In this document: in pieces, positions 42,379 through 62,570 of the stretch
Layout of the letters: each line of letters starts with the position of its first letter
Numbering within the stretch: the stretch's first letter is position 1
NCBI RefSeq assembly: GCF_009914755.1
Contig: NC_060925.1
Length of the DNA stretch: 64,000 bases
From: the human T2T-CHM13v2.0 reference genome, Homo sapiens
Strand: one strand, 5' to 3'
Made by a program: the position numbers and the translations under genes
The notes under the pieces: generated by a model
What the model saw: the letters and a program-made list of their open reading frames with translations, nothing else
What the model was told of the DNA's origin: nothing
Databases searched by the model: none

Positions 42379-42970
42379 TGTAAACCACAAATAAAATTCC
42401 AAGCCCCTCAACTATTTGAATGCACCCCTCCTCTCAGCCAGGGTCATTCCAAAGTTAACCTGAAAAACTGGTTCAGACCATGATGGGAAGTAGGGGTCAG
42501 ATAGGCCTCATTATACCCTCCTTCCTTTGGAATTCAGGCACAACTGACCAGCACATCCGACCAGGCACAACTGGCATTACAACAGAGATCTTAAGACTTT
42601 TTGTAGCAATAAGACACCAAATTCCAGCCTGACTCTAGTGTAGCATTACATGACAGATAGCAGGCCCTGAAAGAAATAAAAATATTTTACCCTAAAATAT
42701 ATTTGTTATCATATTTTGAAATGTCCCTACAAAGTTGTCTCTTGTGGGGAAAGTCTACATGCTACAGGGAATCCCTTTCCAGGTCTTTTCCCTAATCTAG
42801 GCACCTTTTTAAGTCTGATAAGAAACATTTACAATCAATTCTCTCTGAAGCCTGCTACCTGGAGGCTTCATCTGCATAATAAGAACAACCCCTTAACACA
42901 GAGACTGCCTTCTATGGATTCCAGGTCTTTAGATAAACTCTTTCAACCAATTGCCAAAGTATCAGAAAAT
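42379..42970 (+). mobile_element. MER4-group ERV1 LTR, 3'-truncated
   Basis: tgtaaaccacaaataaaattccaagcccc...cattccaaagttaacctgaaaaac resembles the MER4 start. Confidence 0.8.
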
Positions 42971-43018
42971 GATGGCTGGTAACTATTTAATTATGCACAT
43001 ATATTAGTAGAATTTGGG

Positions 43019-43294
43019 GGGTGGGCACGGTGGCTCATGCCTGTAATCCCAGCACTCCTTTAGGAGGCTGACAGATTGCCTGAGTCCAAGAGTTTGAGAC
43101 CAGCCTGGGAAACATGGTGAAACCCCATTTCTACCAAAAAAAAAAAAAAAAAAAAAAAAATTAGCCAGGCATGGTGGTGAGCACCTGTGGCCCAGCTACT
43201 CAGGAGGCTGAGGTGGGAGGATTACTTGAGCCTGGGAGGTGAAGGTTGCAGTGACCCAAGCTTGCAACACTGCACTTCAGCCTGGATGACAGAG
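43019..43294 (+). mobile_element. AluJ lacking its tail, fused to a MaLR 3' fragment (43295-43439)
   Basis: Alu ends at gacagag and runs straight into ...aataaatttttgttgtttataag...ggaca. Confidence 0.8.
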
Positions 43295-43515
43295 GAATGG
43301 GCCTTCACTAGACACTGAACCTGCTGGCAACTTGATCTTAGACTGACCATCCTCCATAACTGTGAGCAATAAATTTTTGTTGTTTATAAGTTACTCACTC
43401 TGTGGTATTTTGTTATAGCAGCACAACTGGATTAGGACATTAACCTGACCTTAAGAAATCATCTCAAATCAGTCTTGGCTTTGATGAGAAACAAAGGGCA
43501 CACTCGAATGTGTGA

Positions 43516-43822
<307 letters not shown>

Positions 43823-43951
43823 TACAGAGAGTTTTATGAAGAGAATATTTCTAAATATATGGACAGGATCAAAATAACCCAACAAAGGACTGAGAGGCGC
43901 TCAGAATCTGGAATCAGCAGAGAAGTTGTATTGCCTCTAGGACTTAATTGT

Positions 43952-44350
43952 TGTATAAGTCTGTTCAGGTTGCCATAACAAAATACCATATACCAAGTGG
44001 CTTAAACTATAGAAATGTGTTTCTCACACTTCTAGAAGTTGGGAAGTCCAAGATAAAGGTGCTAGCAAAGCGGATTTCTTTCTAAGATCTCTTCCTACGG
44101 CCTGTAAGTGGCTGTAGTTTCACTGTGTGCCCATGTGACCATTTCTTTGTGCACCATGGGGAAGGCGGATGAGCAAGCTTTCTAGTGTCTCTTCTTATAA
44201 TGGCATTAATCTCAGCATGAGGACCCCACTCTCATAACCTCTTTTAAACCTGATTACCTCTCAAAGGCCCCAGCTGCATAAACCATCACACTGGGGGTTA
44301 GGGCTTCAACATTTAAGTGTGGGAGTTGGTGTTCACAATTCAGTCAATTG
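43952..44350 (-). mobile_element. MaLR LTR (MLT1A-like)
   Basis: ttgccataacaaaataccata...ttagggcttcaacat. Confidence 0.8.
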
Positions 44351-44506
44351 GAGTGGAAATTGAAATGGGAAAGGAAAGCTATAGTTACTAGAGAGAGCTA
44401 TTGTCTTGGGGAGGATCACTGGACAGGACTATGGTCTTTGGAGAAATAAGCGAGTTACAACTGACAAAGATTCTTTCTGTGAAAATAAGTAATTTAAAAT
44501 GTAAGT

Positions 44507-48342
<3,836 letters not shown>

Positions 48343-48367
48343 TGAGGCTCATATTTTTATGTGACTC

Positions 48368-48937
48368 TGTATTAGTCAGGGTTCTCTAGAGAGACAGAAT
48401 TAATAGGATAGATATACAAAGGAGTTTATTAAGTATTACACTTACTTTTTTTTCTTACTTTTTGTGGAAAACAGGGTCTTGCTATATTGCCCAGGCAGGT
48501 CTCCAACTCCTGGGCTCAAGCTATCCTCCCGCCTCTGCATCTCTGAGAGCTGGGATTACAGGTGTGAACCATCACACCCAGCCAGGAGTTTATTAAGTAT
48601 TAACTTACACAATCACAATGTCCCGCAATAGGCTGCCTGCAAGCTTAAGGAGCAGGAAAGTCAGTTCAAGTCTCAAAACTGAAGAACTTGGAGTCTGATG
48701 TTCCAGGGCAGGAAGCATCCAGCACAGGAGAAAGATGTAGGCTGGCAGGATAGGCCAGTCTTGCCTTTTCATGTTTTTCTGCCTGCTTTATATTCATGGG
48801 CAGTGGATTATATTGTGCCCACCAGATTTAGGGTGGGTCTGCTTTCCCCAGCCCATTGACTCAAATGTTAATCTCCTTTGGCAACACCCTCACAGATACG
48901 CCCAGGATCAATACTCTCATCCTTCAATCCAATCAAA
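48368..48937 (-). mobile_element. MLT2A (ERVL) LTR interrupted by a monomeric Alu (FLAM-like, 48446-48584)
   Basis: tgtattagtcagggttctctagag; duplicated aggagtttattaagtatta flanks the monomer. Confidence 0.85.
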
Positions 48938-48939
48938 TT

Positions 48940-49907
<968 letters not shown>

Positions 49908-50021
49908 AGAAGTTGTTTACTTTCTTCCTCATAGGAGGAGGAGTTTATTTGGTTTCTAATAATAGTAGGTTATTTTGTTGGAACATCAGGGGCATCTGTT
50001 TACTGAGAGTTGTTTTAATAA

Positions 50022-50480
<459 letters not shown>

Positions 50481-50620
50481 CTCATACTTCACTATTGAAA
50501 CAAACTTTTTTTGTGTACAGAAGAAAAAAAATTGTACAGTTAATAGTGTCAGAGATAGTGAAAATATGAAACAAGAACTGCTTACAAGAAAGGAGCACTC
50601 AGGGGACCAAACCTCTGCCA

Positions 50621-51665
50621 GAGCCAGCGGGGAAGTGACTTATGCCTCTCTCTTCTTTCCCTCCTGTCCCCGCCCCTCATCTCCCGCAATGAAGCGGGTA
50701 CTTAATCTGTGTCCTGTGGAGGTCCCCTTTGGCAGCCAGCTGGAAGCCCGTGCACCCTCCTTCAAATAATGGCTTTCAATGAGCAGACTAGAACATTTAG
50801 GATTGCAAAGGAAACCGATTCCTTTCAAACCTGGTTATCTTTGTGATGTGGCACTGTGTGCATATCTTCGTTAAAACGCATTGAAGGCCACTGCACTCCA
50901 CCCTGGGCGACAAGAGGTGACTGTGTCTCAAAAAAACCAAAAACACTCCCCCCTCACCCCAAAGCATTAGACATCAAGGCTGGCAGGGAAGTCTGTTCTC
51001 TTGAAAGTTCAATATCAATTCAATACTTTAAATTCACTGTAGTTTCAATCCATTGGTATGGAAAGTGTTTTGAATTATTGTACTGATTTTTTTCTATCCT
51101 CTTTCTGATACGCATGCTAATCATATGGACCTTGGACGTCTATCTTCCTGAACTTTTCTCTCCTGTTTTTACATTCTTATTTTGGTTTGTGGGAAATATT
51201 CTTGATATTATCTTCAACTTAATTTTTGTTCTTGCTTCTACTATTTTAGTTTAATTTCCAAGTATTTTGATATTGAACTTTCAAGAGAACAGACATCCCT
51301 GCCAGCCTTGACGTCTAATGCTTTGGGGTGAGGGGGGAGTGTTTTTGGTTTTTTCGAGACACAGTCACCTCCTGTCGCCCAGGGTGGAGTGCAGTGGCCT
51401 TCAATGCGTTTTAACGAAGATATGCACACAGTGCCACATCACAAAGATAACCAAGTTTGAAAGGAATCGGTTTCCTTTGTAATCCTAAACGTTCTAGTCT
51501 GCTCATTGAAAGCCATTATTTGAAGAAGGGTGCACGGGCTTCCAGCTGGCCGCCAAATGGGACTTCCACAGGACACAGATTAAATACTCGCTTCATTGCG
51601 GGAGACGAGGGGCGGGGACAGGAGAGAAAGAAGGGACAGGCATAAGTCACTTCTCCCGCCGGCTC
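50621..51665. repeat. Inverted duplication with arms 50621-51018 and 51267-51665 and a ~250 bp spacer
   Basis: Manual alignment gives about 19 differences in ~399 bp; mirrored ORFs in the track confirm it. Confidence 0.95.
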
Positions 51666-51749
51666 CGACAGCTGGTTGCTCCGCTGAGGGGCGTTGGGTG
51701 AGGCGGAAGAGCAGACGGGGATCCAGAAGGCGTTGTCGGTGACATCACG

Positions 51750-51946
51750 GAGAGGGCGATTTCTATGTAGATGAGGCAGCGCAGGGGCTGCTGCTTCGCC
51801 ACCTGCTGCTTCGCCACGAAAGAGTTCCCGTGCCGTGGGAGTAAGTCTGGGACCTCTGGTCGGACCGGAGAGTCGCAGCTGTGTGTTAGGGCTAGGATGG
51901 CTCCTGGATGCGCGTGACGCAAGTGACCTTGCGTGTAAAGGGTGAG
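51750..51946 (+). promoter_or_regulatory. U1-type snRNA promoter: DSE octamer ATGTAGAT 51765-51772, SPH/ZNF143-like site ~51826-51840, PSE 51921-51946
   Basis: Colinear with the remembered human U1 5' flank; PSE aagtgaccttgcgtgtaaagggtgag begins 64 nt before ATACTTA. Confidence 0.9.
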
Positions 51947-51984
51947 GCATATGAGGCTGCGGCGGGGCGGAGGGGCGTGAGCTT

Positions 51985-52154
51985 ATACTTATGTTTATCT
52001 GGCAGAAGAAATGTTATGATCACGAAGGTGGTTTTTCCAGAGCAAGGCTTAGCAGTTTTACTGTGGATGTGCTGACCCCTGTGATTTCCCCGAATGTGGG
52101 AATCTTGATTACATAATTTGTGGCAGTGGGGAACTGTGTCTGTGTTTTTCCCTG
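51985..52154 (+). ncRNA. RNVU1: Variant U1 snRNA (RNVU1 family), 170 nt
   Basis: ATACTTA start, 70K loop GATCACGAAG 52018-52027, Sm site AATTTGTGG 52115-52123, end ttccctg; member number not determinable. Confidence 0.92.
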
Positions 52155-52164
52155 GGTTGTTGTC

Positions 52165-52178
52165 GTTTTAAAAGTGGA
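52165..52178 (+). terminator. snRNA 3' box
   Basis: GTTTTAAAAGTGGA lies 10 nt after the RNA end (U1: GTTTCAAAAGTAGA). Confidence 0.8.
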
Positions 52179-52504
52179 TTTTGTTTGCTGTGGAAGCATA
52201 TACAAGGCGTTAGTATAAACTAATAAACAGGTCTTTGTTCCCATCTGTAACTTACTTTCAAAGTAAAGATTTTGCCAGGTAGTGGTTGGTTCTCACGCTT
52301 GTAATCTCAGTAGTCTGTGAGATGCATTGATAACTTTATGTTAATACCGCTCGAGCTCTGGAGTTTGATGTCAGTGTGGTCAAATATGGTGGACCCGTCT
52401 CTACTAATCTCTTAACTTTTTTTTTTGTTCTATAGAAATAAAACTAAGCTTTTCTTTTCCCTACGGGAGCCCATTGTAAACATTTATTAACAGCAAACAG
52501 TCCA

Positions 52505-52781
52505 CTGGAGTGCATGGCGGGATCCCGGCTTACTGCAACCTCTGCCTCCTGCCTTCAAGCTATTCTCCTGCCTCAGCCAGAGAATACTCGATCTCCTAAG
52601 TAACTGAGATTACAAGCGCAGGCCACTAAAAAATTAGGCCCGGCTAATTTTTTGAATTTTTGGTAGAGACAGGGTTTTACCATGTTGGCCAGGCTGGTCT
52701 TAAACTCCTGACCTCAAGTTATCCGCCCGCCTCGGCCACCCAAAATGTTGGGATTACAGGCCTGAGCCACCGCGCCTGGCC
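52505..52781 (-). mobile_element. Alu (degenerate, tail lost)
   Basis: Reverse Alu ending gagccaccgcgcctggcc. Confidence 0.85.
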
Positions 52782-52822
52782 TGTTTACAGACTTTACAGA
52801 CAGATTTTGTTTACAAGCTTTA

Positions 52823-52931
52823 CACGCACGGTTCAGTTGCAGTTAGTGTATATTATGCTGGGCCCAAGACAAATGTCTTTTTTTTTTTTTCCCAGTGTGG
52901 CCCAAGGAACCCAAAATTTAGACAACCCTGC
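52823..52931. mobile_element. MER30-like hAT fragment
   Basis: ggcccaagacaa...gtgtggcccaaggaacccaaaatttagacaaccctg. Confidence 0.65.
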
Positions 52932-53383
52932 TCTAGAGGGTTTGATTCATGTTTCCACTGGGTTATGCTTATTGCCTGTAATTCCATTTGATATTTTCCA
53001 AATCTGATTTTTTGAAAAGCGTTTTCCTGAAGCACCCTAAAGCTTTCCTAATAATATGGGAACTTAAACCAGATTGGATGTAACAAAACCCAGCTGGGAT
53101 CCTGCAACTTCTAACCTTAATGTTAGATCAAGAAGCAAAACACCCACCAGTCCAAGGGTCAGGGAAGATGAAGATCATGCCTGAGCTGTAACAACGCCCT
53201 TCCCAGTATACAAAAGCGTGTAACAGCCACTTGAATTCTATCTTCCAAGTGTCTCCTGTTGCCCAGGCTAACCTAGAGCTATCTAAAGATGGCAAATCTG
53301 GGAAATGTGCATTCAGCTTGGCAAAACTGATACATTACAAATCCACCACAGTCCACTTCTTCTCAAAGTGGCATCAATGTGCA

Positions 53384-53460
53384 CCTTCCTCCTCCTCCTT
53401 CTCTTTTCCTCCTCTTCCTCATCCTCTTCTTTCTCTTCTTCTTCCTCCTTTTTCCTCCTT
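53384..53460. repeat. CT-rich low-complexity tract
   Basis: (CCT/CTT)n seen directly. Confidence 0.85.
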
Positions 53461-54679
53461 GTAAAGCCATACTTAAGGTTCAAATAAAGACAATAGGAAA
53501 ATCATACTTTTTCTCATTCAGTGAAAATATGCCAACCCTTTCCCCAACAGGATAAAGTCTTTTATTTGTCTTTGAATGATGTTCACTCCTTTTTTAGCTA
53601 GATCACATTCCATATTTGCTATCCTGTAACCTAAATATTGAGATTTCTAAAAGTTAACTATTAATGAATATGATAGCGAGGATGATGGAAGATGAGAATT
53701 CTCAAGAAAAGTATTGGTTAATATATAACCAAATGTATTCATCTCAAAATAATGAAGAAATACTCCTAACTATTACAAGTCCTCATTTCTGCAACTGTCA
53801 CTGGCCCTAGCTGGTATTTGTAACTATCTTCACATCTTGCTCTCACAGCCATTTCCTTTGGGCCTGGGCCAGTGGACGTGAGCGTGGGAAAGACCAGAAC
53901 CCGCGGTGCTCCCCACCGCACTATCCTCGGGTCTCCAGAGGTGGGATACACCGGGCAGGGGCCTTTGCTGGATTCTAAACCGGCTCTGGGGATACAAGAA
54001 CAGCTGCCTTTGAGAAACAGTTCAAGTCTCTATATTCCAGACTTCCTAGTAGGACTAAACGCTTAATGTTCATCCAGGAATTCATGGTTCTCCTAAAACC
54101 CTGCGGTGGAATGCCTTCCTTCACTGAGCATTTATTGGGCACCTACTAGGTGCTAGGGTGGCTCTGGGCGAAGGGCTGCAGCCTGTGCAAACTCCAGGTC
54201 CCTTTCCTGTGGATCCCACCTCTGAGGGCCCGAGGGGGACGCAGTGAGGACACCACGGGTTCTGGTCCTTCCCACGCGCGCGTCCGCTGGCCCAGGCCTG
54301 GCGGAAATGACTGTGAGCGCAAGGTGTGAGCGGGGCTAAGAATGGGAAAGCGAGTGGCTTTCGCCGGAGAAGCTGCAGTTGTCACCTGTAGAGGGGCCAG
54401 CGACTTTTGAGAGGGTGAAGAGCAGGCGGGGGAAGCAGTGAAGAGCAGACGGTGAGGAGCAGGTGGCCCTTTGGCCGTTGGAGTCCCCCAGCTGACTCTG
54501 CCCGGGTAGAACGTCCAAAGTGCCCAAAGACTCGACTATTGGCTTCATTGTCTCCCGTATTCTGGGTTTCTGGAGTGCGCGGGATTGGACAGGCATCAAA
54601 TATATGAGATTATCTGCAGCCAGAGGTTAAAAAGCCATTTCTGGTATCAGCAAATGAGTTTAAGACACAAGCCATTAGA

Positions 54680-54753
54680 GTCTCTGTGGCGCAATCGGTT
54701 AGCGCGTTTGACTGTTAACTGAAAGGTTGGTGGTGCAAGCCCATCCAGGGATG
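54680..54753 (+). tRNA. tRNA-Asn(GTT), degenerate and probably a pseudogene
   Basis: 74-nt Asn-GTT homologue; B box mutated to GGTGCAAGCC; anticodon stem TTTGA/CTGAA; T4 at 54759-54762. Confidence 0.9.
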
Positions 54754-55133
54754 GCACCTTTTGCTTAGGCAAGATTCACAGTTTCTGTTTAAAGACTTTA
54801 ATCCTGGGAATCCTCCGGACCTCTATTAGCTTTGAATCAGATGCCAAAATATGCTGCGTGAAGGCTCAAGTTCCATGGAAGTTCCTAAAAACAGGAATAT
54901 TTCAGCAAAAGTAATTTTTCAATAGAGCCTGAGCCTGGGGCTTCAGAGCTTACGCCAGAGCCACTGCACCTATTTCATCACCTCTTGAAGCTGGGTTTTT
55001 ACAATTGCACATTCCTGGAAATCCAAAACTCCCAATAATTGAAAACAAGAAAACCCCAGTCTTCACTTGTAGTGAAGCCTCAATTTCTGGGTTGAAATCT
55101 TGGTTCATTCATGACGTGACTTTTAAAACGTTA

Positions 55134-55571
<438 letters not shown>

Positions 55572-55864
55572 TTATCATAATATCTCTCTTTACTGCACCA
55601 TCTTGGGATTTCCATCGCCTCTCTCTTGTTAGATCCCCTGCTTCATGGATCTCAAGGGGGTTCATTCCTCACTCACTTCTTCCTTTTGATGATGCATATC
55701 CTCCAAAACCTCCTATAAAGTGGTTACCTTAGAAATAAACTTTTTGAGACACTGCATGTCTGAAAATGTCTTTTATACCCATAAAATTAATTGATATTTT
55801 ACTAGATAGAGATACAAAAAGATAGGTGGAAATAATTTCTCTCTGAGATTTTTGAAGGCACTGC

Positions 55865-56623
55865 TTTTTTTGTGTGTGACAGAGTCTCGCCTCGCTCTGT
55901 CGCCCAGGCTGGAGTGCGGTGGTGGGATCTTGGCTCACTTTCAATCTCCACCTCCCAGGTTCAAGCGATTCTCCTGCCTCAGCCTCCCCAGTAGCTGGGA
56001 CTACAGGTGCCTGCCACCATGTCCGGCTAATTTTTTTATTTTTAGTAGAGATGGGGTTTCACCATGTTGGCCAAGCTGGTTTTGAGAGCGACCACTCCTC
56101 ATATTGTCTTACACTTAATTTCTTGTTTGCTGAAAAAGTGGAGGTTGAAAGAATGGGCAGAAGTGAAAATCACGCTCAGACAACTGGGTGCCACATTTCG
56201 GGCCTGGTTGTTAAAATTCAACCGCTGACCTCACCGATTGTGCTGTCTATAAATTCCAGACATTGTATAAAAAAGCATTATGAAATTCCCTTTTCTGTCC
56301 TGTTTCATTCTGATTACCAGTACATGCAGCCCCCAGTCACGTACCCCTTGCTTGCTCAGTTGATCATGACCCCCCCAACACAGCCCCTTTAGAGTTGTGG
56401 GCCCTTAAAAGGGACAAGAATTACTTATTTGGGGAGCTCGGTTTCTAGGATGTGAGTCTACCGATGGTCCCAGCTGAAAAAAGCTCTTACATTCCACAAT
56501 CGGGTGTCTGAGGGATTTTGTCTATGACTCCTGCTACAGTTTCAAACTCCTGACCTCAAGTGATCCGCCTCCCTTGGCTTTGCAAAGTGCTGGGATTACA
56601 GGCCTGAGCCATGGCTCCCGGCC
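55865..56623 (-). mobile_element. AluS split by an LTR insertion
   Basis: Alu breaks at ccaagctggttt and resumes at gtttcaaactcctgacc. Confidence 0.9.
56083..56538 (+). mobile_element. Solo LTR2-family LTR (HERV-E)
   Basis: gaccactcctcatattgtctta...cccttaaaagggac...cctgctaca; TG/CA ends; 4-bp TSD GTTT. Confidence 0.85.
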
Positions 56624-56849
56624 CTTGTTGTTTACTGTTTTCCATAGTCATTTCTGAGAAAGAAAAAGGTAAGCCTTTTCTGCTCTGAGCTAGAGCTGGT
56701 CTGACAAACACCTAGGCCATGGTGTTCTATGGTTAAAACGAAAAATTTCACAACACCAATATCAGACAAAGTTACCCTCTCACTAAACTGAAAGAAATAC
56801 TATTTCACAATCATATTTGAACATAAAAAGAACACTGTTCAAACCATAA

Positions 56850-57431
<582 letters not shown>

Positions 57432-57894
57432 TAAAAATACCGAGATTCCCAAAGGAAGAATTGCCCCACAATTTCCCCATAGTGTTTGCTGTCTCCTGTG
57501 TTGCAATGAGCCAATATACTCAGGTTTGACTATAGGTTTGTTCCTGATGGTTATACACTGGAGCACATCAGCACCATAGAGAAGATGGATGCCGCTCTGA
57601 TTCTTTGTTATTTGCCTTAAACTCTTCTCCCATCTCCCCTCCCAAAAGCCTATAGAATCTTCTACCTCTTCCTATTAGTTTGAAACTTCATGATATATTT
57701 CCATCCACCATGCTGGGTACTGAGTGTGCTCTTTCAATATGGGAATTTGTATTTTGGAGGTATCATTCCAAAGATGTTTATGCATATACAATTAAAGGTA
57801 TATATTTATTTCCTGCAACTACCATCACCCTTTTGATACACTTCTGCTGTATAATAAACCATCCCAAGCTTATTGACTTAGAATAACAATAATT

Positions 57895-58190
<296 letters not shown>

Positions 58191-58627
58191 GAATAACAAT
58201 AATTTATTATTTTTAGTGATTCTGTGAGTTGGCTTGGAAATTCTTCTAGTCCAAGCTGGTTCATTTGGGGCTGGATGGTCTAGGATGGCCTCACACATCT
58301 GGGGTATAGGTGGATTGGTTGGAAAAAGTGGGATGCATGGATCTTTTTCTTCATGTGATCTCTCTAGCAGGCTAGCTTTGGGGGATCTTCAGATCATGGC
58401 CTCAGGATTTCAAGTGAAGAAAAAAGCAGGTAATCCTCCCATGTGCAAGCCTCTCTTCTGCCAGGTTTGCGAAGGCACCAACATTTGCCCAAAGCAAGTC
58501 ATATAGCCAATCCAAGATTCAAAGAGAGGAGAAATAGACTCTCTTGATGAGAGAAGCTGCAAAATATAACCACTTTTTTTTTCAATCTGTCACAGTATAC
58601 CATACTGGACTATCAGTAGCTTCCTCA

Positions 58628-59644
<1,017 letters not shown>

Positions 59645-59674
59645 TAAAAGAATAATTTTAAAAAATCTTTTTTT

Positions 59675-60815
<1,141 letters not shown>

Positions 60816-61047
60816 TACTGGAATATTATTTGGTACGGCTCCCGTGAAAGATACATTTGCGGAATGTACTCAAATTAGAAGCATCATGTAAACCCTATAA
60901 TGTAGCAATAGTGCATCAACTTCCCTACACTATAGAAATATCTGCGGTGTAGACATTTCCACAATGACCAAAGATATGTGTACAAGAAAGGTGGCTGCAG
61001 CATTCTTTGTAATCCTAAAACAATGAAACCTACCTCATCTCAAAAAC

Positions 61048-61244
<197 letters not shown>

Positions 61245-61681
61245 TGAAAAGGGTTAAATAAATAATGCACAAACTGAGGAAAAATACTGTTTTCAAAAAT
61301 GATGGAGAGGATCACTATGATGATGAATGATTCCACTGGTCACATTATTGATAGACCAATCAGTAAATCCAGGCACATCCTGGAGATACTACTGGACTCC
61401 TATTACTAAAATATGAAAAAACGGAGACAAGTAAGTTACTCATTTAAGCGTATAATCGACTGAATTAGAATTTTATCACACCAGAAGTGGGTTCCTAGGT
61501 CTCTGTTTCAGGATTCCTGAGTTACACAGGTGTAAACCCGCCGTTTCAGGAGATACCCGATTAAGAATCTGGTCGGGGAGCTGGCTGGCCCTTGACATGG
61601 ATCAGTCATAAATTAGTGGCTAATTCTTCCCCATTTATGTAGTGATTGACAATACGTGCATGCTTTAAAAGTTCCAATAAG

Positions 61682-61755
61682 CATCCCTGGGTGGGCTCGA
61701 ACCACCAAGCTTTCGGTTAACAGCGGAACGCGCTAACCGATTGCACCACAGAGAC
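61682..61755 (-). tRNA. tRNA-Asn(GTT) variant
   Basis: GTCTCTGTGGTGCAATCGGTTAGCGCGTTCCGCTGTTAACCGAAAGCTTGGTGGTTCGAGCCCACCCAGGGATG; A and B boxes intact; C-C mismatch in the anticodon stem; T4 at 61667-61670. Confidence 0.92.
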
Positions 61756-61799
61756 AAGCACTGCTAACTCCACTGGGCCATATAGGAAGGGCGCACTCA

Positions 61800-62570
61800 C
61801 TAAACTTCCTCTGTCCCTTCTATTCCCAGGGCCCGCCTGGCAGGACGACTGAGCAAGTTCTTGGAAAACCAGAGATATTAGAGCGGTGAATCGCGCTGGT
61901 CACGTTGGACACCTGCGCGTTAGGAGATTCTGGAGCCAGAGGGAGAGACCCCAGAAACGCCCCGGTCGGCGACCCAGCCCGAGACGCCTGGGGTCCCAAG
62001 GGAAGCTGAACGCCCGGTGGGCTCCCGGGATGGTTCTTCCGGTTCTTTGTGCCGCCTTCACCCAGTGAAGGAGCCTGTATCCACCCTGCCCAGTCGCTGT
62101 TGGGCTGCTGCGGAGCTTCCGCTGCCATCTTCGGATCCTGTGTTCCGCCCGGGGCTCCACCAGGGCAGGGATGGTGGTGAGGGTCGCTCGTGGGTCCCCT
62201 GGCAGGGAGCAGGGTCTGGCACTCACAAGGGCGCACGACTAGGACTTGTCGAATGAATCCCTTGTCGCCTTTAGCTTTTAGTCCTTTGAAGAGAGGTGAG
62301 AGTGGAAATCAAGAGATTTTTTTCCACGGGGAAGTTCTTTTTACAAAGCGTTGATTTCTTGGCACCCCGCGGGGCGGGCAACTGACACGACCTCCGGTGC
62401 ACCTTCTGCGCTGTGGAGCCTCTGGGGCTCAGCTGGGCGGTGGTCGGGTCGTGGGGCGGTAGGGCGGGAGCGGGGGAAGGGAAAGCAAAAGCTGGAAAAG
62501 AAGCAGGGGAGTTGTGAACCAGACATCCAGACCTCCTGAAGGGCTCGTGCAGACGTACAGGCGGGATCTT
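61800..62570. promoter_or_regulatory. CpG island upstream of the minus-strand tRNA, likely a Pol II promoter
   Basis: CpG-rich, GC boxes, YY1-like GCCATCTT at 62124-62131, donor-like GAG|gtgaga at 62296. Confidence 0.65.

Noticed and set aside
50640-51645. Duplicated small genes (MKGIGFLCNPK..., MCISSLKRIEG...)
   Set aside because: Mirror products of the inverted duplication with non-ATG starts, partly Alu-derived
51641-51647. CATAAGT complementary to nt 3-9 of the variant U1
   Set aside because: A 7-nt match is expected several times by chance in 64 kb
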